NCBI GenBank assembly: GCA_023389575.1
Contig: JAEWEG010000014.1
Span: 20,564-84,563, forward strand
Source of the DNA: Chloroflexota bacterium
Lineage (GTDB): Bacteria; Chloroflexota; Chloroflexia; Thermomicrobiales; UBA6265
Direction: 5' to 3'
Length of the DNA stretch: 64,000 nucleotides
Positions within the stretch are counted from its first letter, which is position 1; each line of letters begins with the position of its first letter. The position numbers were made by a program, and so were the translations under genes. Below, in pieces: positions 48,959 to 59,252 of the stretch. Below the pieces are notes generated by a model that saw nothing but the letters and a program-made list of their open reading frames with translations, was not told the DNA's origin and did no database searches.

Positions 48959-49411
48959 CTAGCGGACCGCGGTGTCGTCGAGTTCGAGCGCGGCCGGGTT
49001 CTGTGCGCCGTGCGGGTGCTCGCTGCCTTCGTAAATCTTGAGCTTGGTCAGCTGCTGCTTGCCAAGCGCCGTTCGTGGAAGCATACCGCGAACGGCATTC
49101 TCGATGATCCGGTCCGGATAGCGCTCGCGCAGGTCCTTGAGGGACTCGGTCTTGAGTCCACCCGGGTAATCGGAGTGCCGGTAGTAGAACTTCTGGGTTT
49201 CCTTGGAGCCGGTCACCTTCACCTTGCCGGCGTTGAGCACGATGACGAAGTCACCCGTGTCAACGTGGGGGGTGTAGATGGCCTTGTTCTTGCCGCGCAG
49301 GGTCGCCGCGATGGCGGTGGCCAGCCGGCCAAGGGTCTTGCCCTCGGCGTCGACCACAAACCACTGGCGATTGACTTCGCTTGGTTTTGCTGAATAGGTT
49401 CGTTGTTCCAC
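48959..49411 (-). CDS. rplM: 50S ribosomal protein L13
   Basis: [17 protein letters not shown]...[13 protein letters not shown] motifs. Trimmed to GTG 49411 (AAGGGAG RBS inside the truA end). Confidence 0.9.
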   Translation of the reverse strand: MEQRTYSAKPSEVNRQWFVVDAEGKTLGRLATAIAATLRGKNKAIYTPHVDTGDFVIVLNAGKVKVTGSKETQKFYYRHSDYPGGLKTESLKDLRERYPDRIIENAVRGMLPRTALGKQQLTKLKIYEGSEHPHGAQNPAALELDDTAVR

Positions 49412-49421
49412 GATAGCTCCC

Positions 49422-50330
49422 TTAGCCATTGTCCATGCGAGCGGGATACCCACCCGCATCCTGTGTGTCTTTCGGGTCAGGGTCAGGAACATCGCTGCCG
49501 TAACCTACCCGCCAAAGAATTAATCCGTGTGCCGGCGCCACCGCTGGACCAGCGCGGCGATCCGCCACGTCGAGTAGTTCATTAAACCACTCCGGGGCCC
49601 GATCGCCCTGCCCCACCGCCACCAGCGCGCCGGTAATGGTGCGTACCAGTTGCGGCAGGAACCCGTCCGCCACGATCCGGATCTCCAGGCCATGCCCAGG
49701 GCCCGGAATCGTTCCCCACCACGGTCCCACCTCGCGAACCCCACACAGGAGGATCGTCCGGACGGTTCCACGGTGGGCGGTCGCCCTGGCCGACCATGGA
49801 ACCCCTTCACCGCCACCGGTAAAGGCCGCCAGGTCGTGCGTGCCGGCGAGCATGGACGCCGCTTGCGACATTCGCTCGCGATCGAGATCGGCTCGCCGTA
49901 GCCAGGCGTACCGGTCCAGCAGGGGCTGCTTGCCACCAATCCAGATCCGGTACCGGTATTCCCGCCAGGCCGCGTCGTACCGGGAGTGAAATCCGGGCTC
50001 GACGCGGGCGAGACTGGAAACCGCCACGTCATCCGGGAGCAGGCGGTTGAGCGCCTTCCGGATGTCCGCCTCCGACATTTCCGGCCGGAAGTCCTCGCAG
50101 TGGGCAACCTGGCCCACCGCGTGAACGCCCCGATCGGTCCTGCCGGCCAACCCTGCGGGAACGGGTTTCCCGCCGAGTCGTTCGAGCGCGCGTTCGAGTT
50201 CCTGCTGAACCGTTCGCGCGTTCGCCTGTCGCTGTGATCCCCGGAAGCCGGTACCGTCGTATCCGAGGGTGAGCTTGAGTCTCACGGAAACAGGGGGACG
50301 TCTGGCAGTCGCTGGACTCCCAAACGTCAT
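49422..50330 (-). CDS. truA: tRNA pseudouridine(38-40) synthase
   Basis: [18 protein letters not shown]...GRTDRGVHA motifs. Confidence 0.9.
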   Translation of the reverse strand: MTFGSPATARRPPVSVRLKLTLGYDGTGFRGSQRQANARTVQQELERALERLGGKPVPAGLAGRTDRGVHAVGQVAHCEDFRPEMSEADIRKALNRLLPDDVAVSSLARVEPGFHSRYDAAWREYRYRIWIGGKQPLLDRYAWLRRADLDRERMSQAASMLAGTHDLAAFTGGGEGVPWSARATAHRGTVRTILLCGVREVGPWWGTIPGPGHGLEIRIVADGFLPQLVRTITGALVAVGQGDRAPEWFNELLDVADRRAGPAVAPAHGLILWRVGYGSDVPDPDPKDTQDAGGYPARMDNG

Positions 50331-50339
50331 GGCTCGTCG

Positions 50340-50693
50340 CTAGGCGACGAATTCGATCAGCACCATCGGCGCCGCGTCACCGCGTCGCAGACCGAGCTTG
50401 GAGATGCGGGTGTACCCGCCAGAAACATCCTCGTACCGGGGAGCGACCACATCGAAGAGGCGCGCGACGGACTTCTCGTGATCGAGTCGGGACATCACCA
50501 GGTTGCGGTGGTGCGCCGAGTCGTCGCGAGCGATCGTGACGAGCTTCTCCACGACGATGCGGAGTTCCTTGGCCTTGGCCTCGGTGGTCATGATGCGTTC
50601 GTTGAGAATCAGCGACACGGCTTGCTGCCGGAGCAGGGCCTTTCGCTGGCTTGGGTTGCGGCCGAATTTACGGCCAGCCTTCTGGTGCCTCAT
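50340..50693 (-). CDS. rplQ: 50S ribosomal protein L17
   Basis: MRHQKAGRKFGRNPSQRKALL...GGYTRI motifs. TAATG overlap with rpoA. Confidence 0.95.
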   Translation of the reverse strand: MRHQKAGRKFGRNPSQRKALLRQQAVSLILNERIMTTEAKAKELRIVVEKLVTIARDDSAHHRNLVMSRLDHEKSVARLFDVVAPRYEDVSGGYTRISKLGLRRGDAAPMVLIEFVA

Positions 50694-51754
50694 TACTCCA
50701 CTTCCTCATTCTCACTGGAGCCAGCGCCAAGGCCGCCCAGCGACTTGATTGCTTCCGCGACTTCGAGCGATTCGGCGTCTTCGCCTTCCGCGCTCTCCTC
50801 CGCGCCGAGTTCGAGTTCCTCGGTCTCGGGAAGGTAGCCGTATTCATGCAGCTTCTCGCGCAGTTCGGTCAGCGAGCGCGGGCCGAAGTTGCGGATCGAG
50901 AGGAGCTGGTCCGGATCCATGGTCAGAACCTGGCCAACCTTGTCGATCTGCTTGCTGCGAAGGGCGTTGAGCACCCGCGGCGAGAGGCCGAGTTCGGCGA
51001 GCGGCTTGTTCTGGACTTCTTCCGGAATGAAGGACGAGGCGGCGGCCTCGGGCTCGGGCCGGGTGAACTCGGCGAAGACCCGGGCGTGATCCATCAGGAT
51101 CGTGGCCGCCTGGGACAGCGCGTCGTCGGGCTCGATGGTGCCATCGGTGAGGATTTCGAGGATCAGGCGGTCGTATTCGACGTTCTGGCCGACACGGGTC
51201 GGCTCGATGACGAAGTTGACCCGCTGGATCGGGGTGTAGATGGCATCGATGGGAATCTCGCCGAGGGCGAAGGTTTCCTGGGTTTCGGCCGGGCGGTAGC
51301 CGCGGTCGCGGCTGACCCAGAGATCCATGTCGAGCACGGAATCCGGCCCGTCGAGCGTGGCGATCTGCAATTCGGGATTGACGATCTCCACCTCGATTGG
51401 CCACTCGATGTCGCCGGCGGTGACGATGGACTCGCCTTCGCCCTCGCCGCGCTTGTAGAGATGGGCGCGCACATCGCCGTGCAGTGGCTGCACGCGACGC
51501 AGGCGGATGCCCTTCAGGTTAAGCACGACCTCGGTGACGTCCTCACGGACGCTGGGGATGGTGGCGAATTCGTGCCACACGTTGTCGATGCGAATGCGGG
51601 AAACCGCACATCCTTCGAGCGATCGCAGCAGGATACGCCGCAGGGAGTTACCCAGCGTGGTGCCGTAGCCTGGCTCGAGCGGCTCGACCTGATAGCGCCC
51701 GTAGTTGAGCCCCGCCTCGATGGTTTTGATAGTGAATTCGGGTTGCTGCAACAA
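50693..51754 (-). CDS. rpoA: DNA-directed RNA polymerase alpha subunit
   Basis: GYGTTLGNSLRRILL and a C-terminal domain (LSPRVLNALRSKQIDKVGQV) with an acidic tail. Confidence 0.95.
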   Translation of the reverse strand: MLQQPEFTIKTIEAGLNYGRYQVEPLEPGYGTTLGNSLRRILLRSLEGCAVSRIRIDNVWHEFATIPSVREDVTEVVLNLKGIRLRRVQPLHGDVRAHLYKRGEGEGESIVTAGDIEWPIEVEIVNPELQIATLDGPDSVLDMDLWVSRDRGYRPAETQETFALGEIPIDAIYTPIQRVNFVIEPTRVGQNVEYDRLILEILTDGTIEPDDALSQAATILMDHARVFAEFTRPEPEAAASSFIPEEVQNKPLAELGLSPRVLNALRSKQIDKVGQVLTMDPDQLLSIRNFGPRSLTELREKLHEYGYLPETEELELGAEESAEGEDAESLEVAEAIKSLGGLGAGSSENEEVE

Positions 51755-51980
51755 GCGGACTTGCCTCCTTGCGACGCCGTTCTCTCACGCGCCGATTAAC
51801 GCCTTGACAGTTCGGCGCGACAGGCCGGACTCAACCCTGTCCTGGCCTGGACCAATGAGTTGCTGTTCCTGCCGGGCTGGCTCGGAGGTTGACGAGCCAG
51901 CCGAACACCCGCCACTCACACGAGGGGCAGGTATGTGCCATTCCTCCACGGTGGGGCAGGCCACCGCCGAGGCTGGAAAA

Positions 51981-52397
51981 CTAGACGCGGCGGCGCTTCG
52001 GCGGGCGGCAGCCATTGAATGGGATGGGCGTGGTGTCGGTGATGGAGATGACCATGACCCCGCTGGACTGCAGCGAGCGAATGGCCATTTCACGGCCGGA
52101 GCCCGGTCCCTTGACGAACACGTCGACCTGTCGAAGGCCGTGCTCCTGCGCCCGGCGAGCGGCCGCCTCGGCCGTCATCTGGGCGGCGAACGGGGTGCTC
52201 TTGCGGGAGCCCTTGAAGCCGTTGGCACCGGCGCTCGACCAGGCGATCACGTTGCCGGTCGGGTCGGTGAGGGTCACGATCGTGTTGTTGAATGTAGCCT
52301 GGATATACGCTCGCCCTCGGGGGATGTTCTTCCGATCCCGTCGACGTACACGTGTCTTTTGTCCAGCTCCGCGACGCTTGTCTGACATGCGCGTCAT
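51981..52397 (-). CDS. rpsK: 30S ribosomal protein S11
   Basis: [17 protein letters not shown]...[17 protein letters not shown] motifs. Confidence 0.95.
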   Translation of the reverse strand: MTRMSDKRRGAGQKTRVRRRDRKNIPRGRAYIQATFNNTIVTLTDPTGNVIAWSSAGANGFKGSRKSTPFAAQMTAEAAARRAQEHGLRQVDVFVKGPGSGREMAIRSLQSSGVMVISITDTTPIPFNGCRPPKRRRV

Positions 52398-52467
52398 TGC
52401 CTCCAGTTAGCGTGAAAGATCGCCGGCCACGGCCATGCGGGCCGCCCGGTCATATCAGGAATGCAAA

Positions 52468-52836
52468 CTACTTCTTGCGACCACCAATGGCGCGCTTCGG
52501 ACCGCGTCGGGTGCGGGCGTTGGTGCGCGTGCGCTGACCGCGAACCGGCATGCCCCGCCGGTGGCGAAGGCCCCGGTAGGATCCGATATCAATCAGCCGC
52601 TTGATGTTCATCGCCACTTCGCGGCGGAGGTCGCCCTCGACGCGCAGGTCACGGTCGATGATTTCGCGAAGCCGGTTGACTTCATCATCGGTGAGATCGC
52701 GCACGCGGGTGTCCGGGCTGATGCCCGTTTCGCCGAGCAGCTTCTGGCTGGTGGCCAGGCCAATTCCATAAATGTAGGTGAGCGCCACTTCCACGCGCTT
52801 CTCGCGCGGCAGGTCAACTCCCGAAATTCGTGCCAT
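52468..52836 (-). CDS. rpsM: 30S ribosomal protein S13
   Basis: [26 protein letters not shown]... Confidence 0.95.
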   Translation of the reverse strand: MARISGVDLPREKRVEVALTYIYGIGLATSQKLLGETGISPDTRVRDLTDDEVNRLREIIDRDLRVEGDLRREVAMNIKRLIDIGSYRGLRHRRGMPVRGQRTRTNARTRRGPKRAIGGRKK

Positions 52837-52900
52837 ACGTCATCCTCACGATGCAACTCCCGGCGCGTGCCAGGGCTGCCTCAGTCAGCTCGTTGGGGGA

Positions 52901-53014
52901 TTAACCCTGCCGCTGCTTGTGGCGCGGGTTCGTGCAGATTACCCGCACAATGCCCTTGCGGCGGATAATGCGGCACTTCTCGCACCGCTTTGAAACCGAA
53001 GCCGAAACCTTCAT
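52901..53014 (-). CDS. rpmJ: 50S ribosomal protein L36 (zinc-binding type)
   Basis: Own translation gives [37 protein letters not shown]. Not in the ORF track because it is only 37 aa. A GAGGAG RBS lies upstream. Confidence 0.9.
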   Translation of the reverse strand: MKVSASVSKRCEKCRIIRRKGIVRVICTNPRHKQRQG

Positions 53015-53252
53015 TCGTTACTGCTCCTCAGTCCATGACTGCGCATGGTGTGTTCATGTGTCATTCGCGCGCGAGTCCGGAGTTCCAGCAGAACGATCCG
53101 TGATCTTGACCTGGCCCTCGGCCAGTGCTCGCATGCATCGAGTTCGTGCACCCAACAACCCATGTGCGTTTCCCCGGGATCACGGGGTGGTGGTATGGGT
53201 CATCGACCGTACACGCGGATAGCGCATGTCGGTTGACATGCGCCACGAATGA

Positions 53253-54020
53253 CTAGTGTACCATCGAAGGCAACCGCTGCGTCAAGATCAGCGGCTCCCC
53301 GTCCGTTATCGCGACCGTGTGTTCGAAATGGGCGGACCACGAGCCGTCGGCGGTCACCACCGTCCACTCGTCGTCCAGAACCCGGGTCTCTTCCCCGCCC
53401 AATGTGAGCATCGGCTCGATGGCGAGCGTCATGCCCTTCTTCAGGCGGATACCGGTTCCCGGCTCACCGTGATTCGGGATATGCGGTTCTTCCCACATTT
53501 CCCGGCCAATGCCATGGCCACCATATTCCTGGACGATACCGTAGCCGCGCTCCGAGGCGTACACCTCGATCGCGTGGCCCACGTCTCCCAGGCGCTTTCC
53601 GGCGGTGGCCTGCCGGAGTCCTTCGTACAGTGCCGCTTCGGTATCCCGTAGCAGCCGTTGGTTTTCTTCGGAAATGGCGCCGACCGGATAGGTCCAGGCC
53701 GAGTCGCCATGGAACCCATCGACGATTGCGCCAATGTCGACGGCGATGATGTCGCCCTCGTTCAGCCGGCGAGGGCCTGGAATGCCGTGGACGATCTCGT
53801 CGTTCACCGAGGCGCAGATCCGCCCGGTAAACCCGTGATGCCCAAGGAAGTTGGAGGTGGCGCCGACTTCGGCCAGTGTGTCTCGAACGATGTCGTCAAG
53901 TTCCTGGGTGGAGACACCTGGCGCGATCGCGGCCTCGACCCGCTGGTGACACAACGCCACCGCGTGCCCGGCACGCTTCATCTTCTCGATATCGGAGACG
54001 CTCCGCAGCCGGATACCCAT
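53253..54020 (-). CDS. map: Methionine aminopeptidase type I
   Basis: HG.PG...L.EGDI...D.G....G..GD motifs and the metal ligands (HGIGREMWEEP). Confidence 0.95.
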   Translation of the reverse strand: MGIRLRSVSDIEKMKRAGHAVALCHQRVEAAIAPGVSTQELDDIVRDTLAEVGATSNFLGHHGFTGRICASVNDEIVHGIPGPRRLNEGDIIAVDIGAIVDGFHGDSAWTYPVGAISEENQRLLRDTEAALYEGLRQATAGKRLGDVGHAIEVYASERGYGIVQEYGGHGIGREMWEEPHIPNHGEPGTGIRLKKGMTLAIEPMLTLGGEETRVLDDEWTVVTADGSWSAHFEHTVAITDGEPLILTQRLPSMVH

Positions 54021-54022
54021 GA

Positions 54023-54748
54023 CTACGCGCCGACCTTGCTGGTCGCGAGGTTTCGCACGATGGACAGGATGCCGTCATGGACCTCGTCGATCCCGCGGTT
54101 ACCATCCACGCGTTCGAGCTTCCCCTGGCCACGGTAGTAGTCGAGCAGCGGAGCGGTCTGCTGGTCGTAGAGCGAGAGCCGCCGCTTGATGGCTTCGGGC
54201 TTGTCGTCGTCGCGCTGGAGCAACTGGCCCCCGCACTGATCGCAGACATCCGACACCTTCGACGGGCTGGCCTCGATGTGATAGACGGCACCACAGCCGG
54301 CGCAAACCCGACGGCCGGCGAGCCGTTCGATCAGTATGTCGCGAGGGACATCGATCTCGATGACGACATCGACCGCGTCGTTGACTTCATGGAGGATGCC
54401 GTCCAGCGCGCTGGCCTGGGCCGCGGTACGCGGGAAGCCATCGAAGAGCGCGCCTTCGACCTGCTCGCCATTGGCCTTGCGCTCCACCAGGGATTCAATC
54501 TTGCCTCGCACGATGGCGTTGGTGAGGTCGTTCGGCACGAGGTCGCCGCGATCGAGAATCGCTTTCAGTTCAACACCAAGCTCCGAGCCAGAGGCGATCT
54601 CCGCCCGGAAGAGGTCTCCGGTGGCGATGCGTTCCAGCTTCAGTTCCGGTCCGAGCCGGGCGGCCTGGGTTCCCTTGCCGGAGCCCTGGGCTCCCATCAA
54701 GATCAGATACACGATTCCTGTCCCCGCGTGGTGTGCGTTTGCCAGCAC
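54023..54748 (-). CDS. adk: Adenylate kinase (zinc-lid type)
   Basis: GAQGSGKGTQA P-loop and lid cysteines CAGCG...CDQCGG. The start could be GTG 54712. Confidence 0.9.
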   Translation of the reverse strand: MLANAHHAGTGIVYLILMGAQGSGKGTQAARLGPELKLERIATGDLFRAEIASGSELGVELKAILDRGDLVPNDLTNAIVRGKIESLVERKANGEQVEGALFDGFPRTAAQASALDGILHEVNDAVDVVIEIDVPRDILIERLAGRRVCAGCGAVYHIEASPSKVSDVCDQCGGQLLQRDDDKPEAIKRRLSLYDQQTAPLLDYYRGQGKLERVDGNRGIDEVHDGILSIVRNLATSKVGA

Positions 54749-54784
54749 GGAGGCCGCCCACGGTCGCGGGCGGCCTCCAGGCGA

Positions 54785-56101
54785 CTAGTCAATGAAGCCT
54801 TCGTAGTTCCGCATCATCAGCTGCGCCTCGAGTTGCCGCATCGTATCGATGGCCACGCCAACGACGATGAGGAGCGAGGTCGCGCTCAGCTGCAGGGCGC
54901 TAATGCCCGTGATGAGCGTGGCGATGAATGGGAGGACCGCGATGATGCCGAGGAACAGGGCCCCGACGATCGTGATCCGGGTGAGCACCTTTTGGAGGTA
55001 GATGGCCGTGTTCCGTCCCGGTCGAACACCGGGGATGAACGCGCCCTGTCGCTGGAGCGATTCAGGAATGCGCTGCTGCTGGAACACGACCATGGTGTAG
55101 AAGAAGGTGAACCCAACCACCATCAGGAAGTAAACGATGTTGTATGGCCAGGTATCCGGGCTCAACCAGAGCCGAATCTTCTCCGCCACGTCGCGCACCC
55201 ATTCGGTGTTCGACGCCTCGAGGAAGCTGGCGATCATGCCGGGGAAGACCATGATGCTCACCGCGAAGATGAGCGGGATCATTCCGGCGCTGTTGACCTT
55301 CAGCGGGATGTTGGTGGTTGTGCCACCGAAGACTTTGCCGGACCGCACGCGCTTGGCGTGATGCACTGGGATCCGCCGCTGGCCCTCGTTGATGAGCACG
55401 ACGCCCACCACCGTGACGAGCCCGAGGAGCGCGAACAACAGCGTGCCCACGAAGTTGGAGCCGAGCGTGCCGCCCGTCATCAGGTCGATGACATTGCCCG
55501 GAAGGGTGGCGACGATACCGCCGAAGATGATGATGGAGACGCCGTTGCCGATGCCCTTCTCGGTGATGAGTTCACCGATCCAGACCAGAAGCATGGTGCC
55601 GGCCGTCATCGAGATCAGGATGGCCACGGTTGGCAGCCAGGTATCGCTGTCGAACAGGCCGAAGTCCTCGATCAGGTAGTTCCCATCCACACCCTGCTGC
55701 CGGGAGAAGAGCAGCGTTTGCCCGTATCCCTGAAGCAGTGCCAGTGGCACGGTGATGAAGTGGGTGTACTGGTTGATCTTGTTTCGCCCTTGCTGCCCTT
55801 CCTGGGACAGTTCGTTGAGGCGAGGAATGATTGGCGTCATCAACTGCATGATGATGGACGCCGTGATGTACGGATACACACCAAGGGCCACGATCGAGAA
55901 GTTGGTCAACCCGCTCCCCGAGAACAGGTTCAGCATCCCAAGGAGCTGATTGTTCTCGATAAAGGCGCGAAGCCCTTCACGGTCCACACCCGGAATCGGG
56001 ATGCTGGCGATGAATCGAAACACCACCAGCATGGCGAGCGTGAAGAGAATCTTGGCCCGGAGATCCGGGATTTTGAACGCGTTGATGACGGCCTGGAACA
56101 T
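54785..56101 (-). CDS. secY: Preprotein translocase subunit SecY
   Basis: 438-aa 10-TM protein in the canonical position after rplO. Confidence 0.95.
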   Translation of the reverse strand: MFQAVINAFKIPDLRAKILFTLAMLVVFRFIASIPIPGVDREGLRAFIENNQLLGMLNLFSGSGLTNFSIVALGVYPYITASIIMQLMTPIIPRLNELSQEGQQGRNKINQYTHFITVPLALLQGYGQTLLFSRQQGVDGNYLIEDFGLFDSDTWLPTVAILISMTAGTMLLVWIGELITEKGIGNGVSIIIFGGIVATLPGNVIDLMTGGTLGSNFVGTLLFALLGLVTVVGVVLINEGQRRIPVHHAKRVRSGKVFGGTTTNIPLKVNSAGMIPLIFAVSIMVFPGMIASFLEASNTEWVRDVAEKIRLWLSPDTWPYNIVYFLMVVGFTFFYTMVVFQQQRIPESLQRQGAFIPGVRPGRNTAIYLQKVLTRITIVGALFLGIIAVLPFIATLITGISALQLSATSLLIVVGVAIDTMRQLEAQLMMRNYEGFID

Positions 56102-56103
56102 TC

Positions 56104-56703
56104 CTAGGCCTCCTTCGCCTCACGTTCCTGAAGCTGGGCCAGCGCCTCGCGCCGGGAAGGTCCGCCGACCTTGCCCACGCGCATCGCCTTGAGCTCCCGG
56201 TTCAATGGCAGCCGCCGGCTGCGTGGTCGCGCGGATGTCCACTCGTCAGTGCGCTCGAGGGTCTCCACCTTGCCGCCCGCCGCTTCGATCGCGGACTGGG
56301 CCGACTTGGAGAAGGCGTGCGCGTGCACGGTCACCGCGGAAGTGATTTCGCCATGGGCGAGGATCTTGACCGGGAACTCCGTGCCACGAATGACACCGAG
56401 ATCGGCCAGGACCTGCGGGGTGATGGGGCCATCAACCTCGAGCTCCGCCAGGCGACCGATGTTCACGGTCTCCCAGGGGGTCTTCCAGATGTTGGTGAAC
56501 CCACGCTTGTACGGCATGCGCTGCTGGATTGGCAGCTGACCGCCTTCGAATCCGATGCGGACGCCGCCGCCGGATCGGGAGTTCTGGCCCTTGGTACCGC
56601 GGCCAGCGGTCTTGCCCCGGCCACTCCCATGACCGCGACCGACCCGTCGCTTGCTTTTGTTCGCGCCCTTGGACGGACGCAGGTCGTCAATTGTCAGTGG
56701 CAT
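56104..56703 (-). CDS. rplO: 50S ribosomal protein L15 with a ~50-aa C-terminal extension
   Basis: RVGRGHGSGRGKTAGRGTKGQ..R.G motif. 199 aa, against my recollection of ~145 for typical L15. Confidence 0.9.
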   Translation of the reverse strand: MPLTIDDLRPSKGANKSKRRVGRGHGSGRGKTAGRGTKGQNSRSGGGVRIGFEGGQLPIQQRMPYKRGFTNIWKTPWETVNIGRLAELEVDGPITPQVLADLGVIRGTEFPVKILAHGEITSAVTVHAHAFSKSAQSAIEAAGGKVETLERTDEWTSARPRSRRLPLNRELKAMRVGKVGGPSRREALAQLQEREAKEA

Positions 56704-56753
56704 CGTCGTTCTCTCTCATCAACTGAATGTTTGACGCGCATGGTGGCGCGACA

Positions 56754-56966
56754 CTATTCAGCAGCGATTTCCTCAACGGTCACCAGGTGGCTAATCTTCC
56801 GGACAGCGCCGCGAATCGCGGGCGTGTCCTGCCGGACCACCGAATGGTGCAACCGCCGCAGGCCGAGGGACTGTACCGCCCGACCCTGATCTGACGGCCG
56901 TCCAATCGTGCTCTTGACGAGCGTGATCTTCAGCTGGCCGCCGTTGGCGTTCGTGTTCTCGGTCAT
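56754..56966 (-). CDS. rpmD: 50S ribosomal protein L30
   Basis: [21 protein letters not shown] pattern. ATGA overlap with the rpsE stop. Confidence 0.9.
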   Translation of the reverse strand: MTENTNANGGQLKITLVKSTIGRPSDQGRAVQSLGLRRLHHSVVRQDTPAIRGAVRKISHLVTVEEIAAE

Positions 56967-57655
56967 GACTGGTTACCTCGCTGGGCCTGGCCCTGACCCT
57001 GTCCTTGTCCACGTCCCTGGCCACCGCGCCGCTGGTTGCGTCGCTGGTTGTCCTGGGGAGGCGTCAGCGGAGCCGCGACCGACCGAGGGCGGTTCACAAT
57101 GGGAACGCCACCGTGGTCGAACGGCTTGCGGAGCGCCTGCTTGGCCGCCCGGCGTCGCTGGATGACCACCTGCTCGGACTCGAGCTGCTTGAGCGCTTCC
57201 ATGGTCGCCATCACCACGTTCACCGGGTTATTGCTGCCCAGCGACTTGGTGAGGATGTCGCGGATACCCGAGACCTCGACCACCGCGCGAACCGCGCCGC
57301 CGGCGATGACACCGGTACCAGGCGAAGCCGGCTTCAGGAGCACGCGGGAAGCGCCGAAGGTGGCTTCCACTTCGTGCGGAATGGTGCCGCCATCGAGCGG
57401 CACGGAAATCATCGACTTCTTGGCTGTTTCGCCGCCCTTGCGAATGCTGTCAGGCACTTCGCCGGCCTTGCCCAGGCCCACGCCAACGCGGCCCTTGCCA
57501 TCGCCAACGACGACGATGCTGCGGAAGGCGAATGTACGCCCGCCCTTGTGAACCTTGGACACGCGACTAATGCGTACCAGGCGCTCCTCGATCTCGTTGG
57601 CCTGCTCGTCGTCAGACCGACGGCGCGGCGCGCGCTCTTCCCGATTCCGATCCAT
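56963..57655 (-). CDS. rpsE: 30S ribosomal protein S5 with a ~60-aa low-complexity C-terminal tail
   Basis: [31 protein letters not shown] core. The tail ends in [25 protein letters not shown] 57655 has a GGAG RBS. Confidence 0.9.
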   Translation of the reverse strand: MDRNREERAPRRRSDDEQANEIEERLVRISRVSKVHKGGRTFAFRSIVVVGDGKGRVGVGLGKAGEVPDSIRKGGETAKKSMISVPLDGGTIPHEVEATFGASRVLLKPASPGTGVIAGGAVRAVVEVSGIRDILTKSLGSNNPVNVVMATMEALKQLESEQVVIQRRRAAKQALRKPFDHGGVPIVNRPRSVAAPLTPPQDNQRRNQRRGGQGRGQGQGQGQAQRGNQS

Positions 57656-57728
57656 ATCTGTCTCCAGATCATCCGTGGTCCGCACCAGCACTCGGCCCAT
57701 TGCCTTCCGCACTGGCTGCACGCACGGC

Positions 57729-58103
57729 TTAGAACTTCAGACCGCCCTCGCGAGCGCCATCCGCTACCGCCTTGACACGACCGTGGTAGAGAAACCCACC
57801 GCGATCGAAGAGCACCGCGTCGACACCGGCGGCCTTGGCCCGTTCGGCGATGATTTCGCCGACGGCCTGGGCCCGCACCGACTTGGTGGCACCCTCGCCA
57901 GCCTTCTCGCGCACGGCCTCGTCGAGGTCGCTCGCGGCAACGATGGTGTGGCCCTGAGTGTCATCGATCACCTGCGCGTAGATGTGCGCCGATGACCGGA
58001 AAACGTTCAGTCGCGGCCGCTGTGCGGTACCGCTGATCTTGGCTCGCACCCGGCGATGCCTGCGCTCCCGGGTGGTAAGCGCCTTTCGATACTTGACGCG
58101 CAT
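57729..58103 (-). CDS. rplR: 50S ribosomal protein L18
   Basis: [33 protein letters not shown] motifs. The 231-aa track ORF is trimmed to ATG 58103 (124 aa). Confidence 0.95.
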   Translation of the reverse strand: MRVKYRKALTTRERRHRRVRAKISGTAQRPRLNVFRSSAHIYAQVIDDTQGHTIVAASDLDEAVREKAGEGATKSVRAQAVGEIIAERAKAAGVDAVLFDRGGFLYHGRVKAVADGAREGGLKF

Positions 58104-58200
58104 TGTTATCTCCCAAATGACTCCGGCTGGTGAAGGCCAAACCCCAATGCCCGGTTGAACAGGCCAGCTTCCAGCGCGGTACGTCGAAGGTAGCCAGGAG

Positions 58201-58746
58201 CTACTTGGCCTTACCGGCCTTGCCCGCCTTGCGGCGAACCATTTCACCCTGGTATCGAATGCCCTTGCCCTTGTACGGCTCGGGCGGGCGGACGCCGCGA
58301 ATTCGCGCGGCTTCCTCGCCAACAACCTGCTTGTTGATGCCGCTGACGGAGACGCGGTTGTTGCCTTCGACCGCGTAGGTGATGCCTTCCGGCGCCACCA
58401 TTCGCACGGGGTGGGAGTAACCAACGTTCAGCACGAGGTTCTTGCCATCCATCTGCGCGCGGTAGCCGACGCCGAGAATCTCGAGCGTCTTGGTGTAGCC
58501 GTCGGTGACGCCCACGACCATGTTGTTGAGCAGGGAGCGAGTGAGGCCGTGGAGGGCCTTGACGTCGCGGGAGTCATTCGGGCGCTCGACCCGCACTTCG
58601 CCATCCGCCTGGACGATGGTGAGCACCGGCGTGAACGCCTGACTCAGTTCGCCCTTCGGGCCCTTGACTTTGACCGCGTTCCCATCGCCAAGCGTGATAT
58701 CAACACCCTTGGGGACCGGGATCGGCCGTACACCAATTCTGGACAT
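58201..58746 (-). CDS. rplF: 50S ribosomal protein L6
   Basis: MSRIG..PI.VP.GV...GPKGEL...GVGYRA motifs. Confidence 0.95.
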   Translation of the reverse strand: MSRIGVRPIPVPKGVDITLGDGNAVKVKGPKGELSQAFTPVLTIVQADGEVRVERPNDSRDVKALHGLTRSLLNNMVVGVTDGYTKTLEILGVGYRAQMDGKNLVLNVGYSHPVRMVAPEGITYAVEGNNRVSVSGINKQVVGEEAARIRGVRPPEPYKGKGIRYQGEMVRRKAGKAGKAK

Positions 58747-58804
58747 AGCACTTTCCTATCCTGTGGTGTGGCACGCCACACCTGCCGGTGCGGATCCCAC
58801 CGAA

Positions 58805-59203
58805 CTACCAAACGGTGCAGAGCACCTCGCCGCCGATGCCGCGTCGCCGGGCCTCGTAGCCCGTGATCACGCCTTCCGGGGTGCTCACGATGGCGATTCC
58901 GAGACCGCTGCGCACGCGAGGAAGCTGGTCCTTACCGGCATACACCCGCAGGCCAGGCTTGCTGACGCGCTTGATCTCGCGAATGACATGGCTCTTGTCT
59001 GGGGCATAGCTGAGCTTCACGGTCAGCTGGTTCTGCGGCTTCTTCTCCACCACCGTGAAATCGGCGATGTAGCCCTCTTGTTTAAGTATTCCCGCGATGG
59101 CGACCAGGATCTTGGTCGCGGGCATGGTTGTCTCGGTTTGCCGGGCCATACCCGCGTTCCTGATCCGGGTCAGCATATCGCTGATTGGGTCGTTCACGCT
59201 CAT
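58805..59203 (-). CDS. rpsH: 30S ribosomal protein S8
   Basis: DPISDMLTRIRNA...GGEVLC.VW motifs. Confidence 0.95.
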   Translation of the reverse strand: MSVNDPISDMLTRIRNAGMARQTETTMPATKILVAIAGILKQEGYIADFTVVEKKPQNQLTVKLSYAPDKSHVIREIKRVSKPGLRVYAGKDQLPRVRSGLGIAIVSTPEGVITGYEARRRGIGGEVLCTVW

Positions 59204-59252
59204 CCGTCGCGCTCTCCGTTGCTGTGATGATCTATCAGGACTCAGGTGCTGG

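Noticed and set aside
53015-53252. infA pseudogene in the map-rpmJ spacer
   Set aside because: All three minus-strand frames were translated by hand, and none shows IF-1-like sequence.
54077-56107. 676-aa plus-strand ORF
   Set aside because: It is antisense to adk and secY, has no recognisable domains, and is the same GC artefact.
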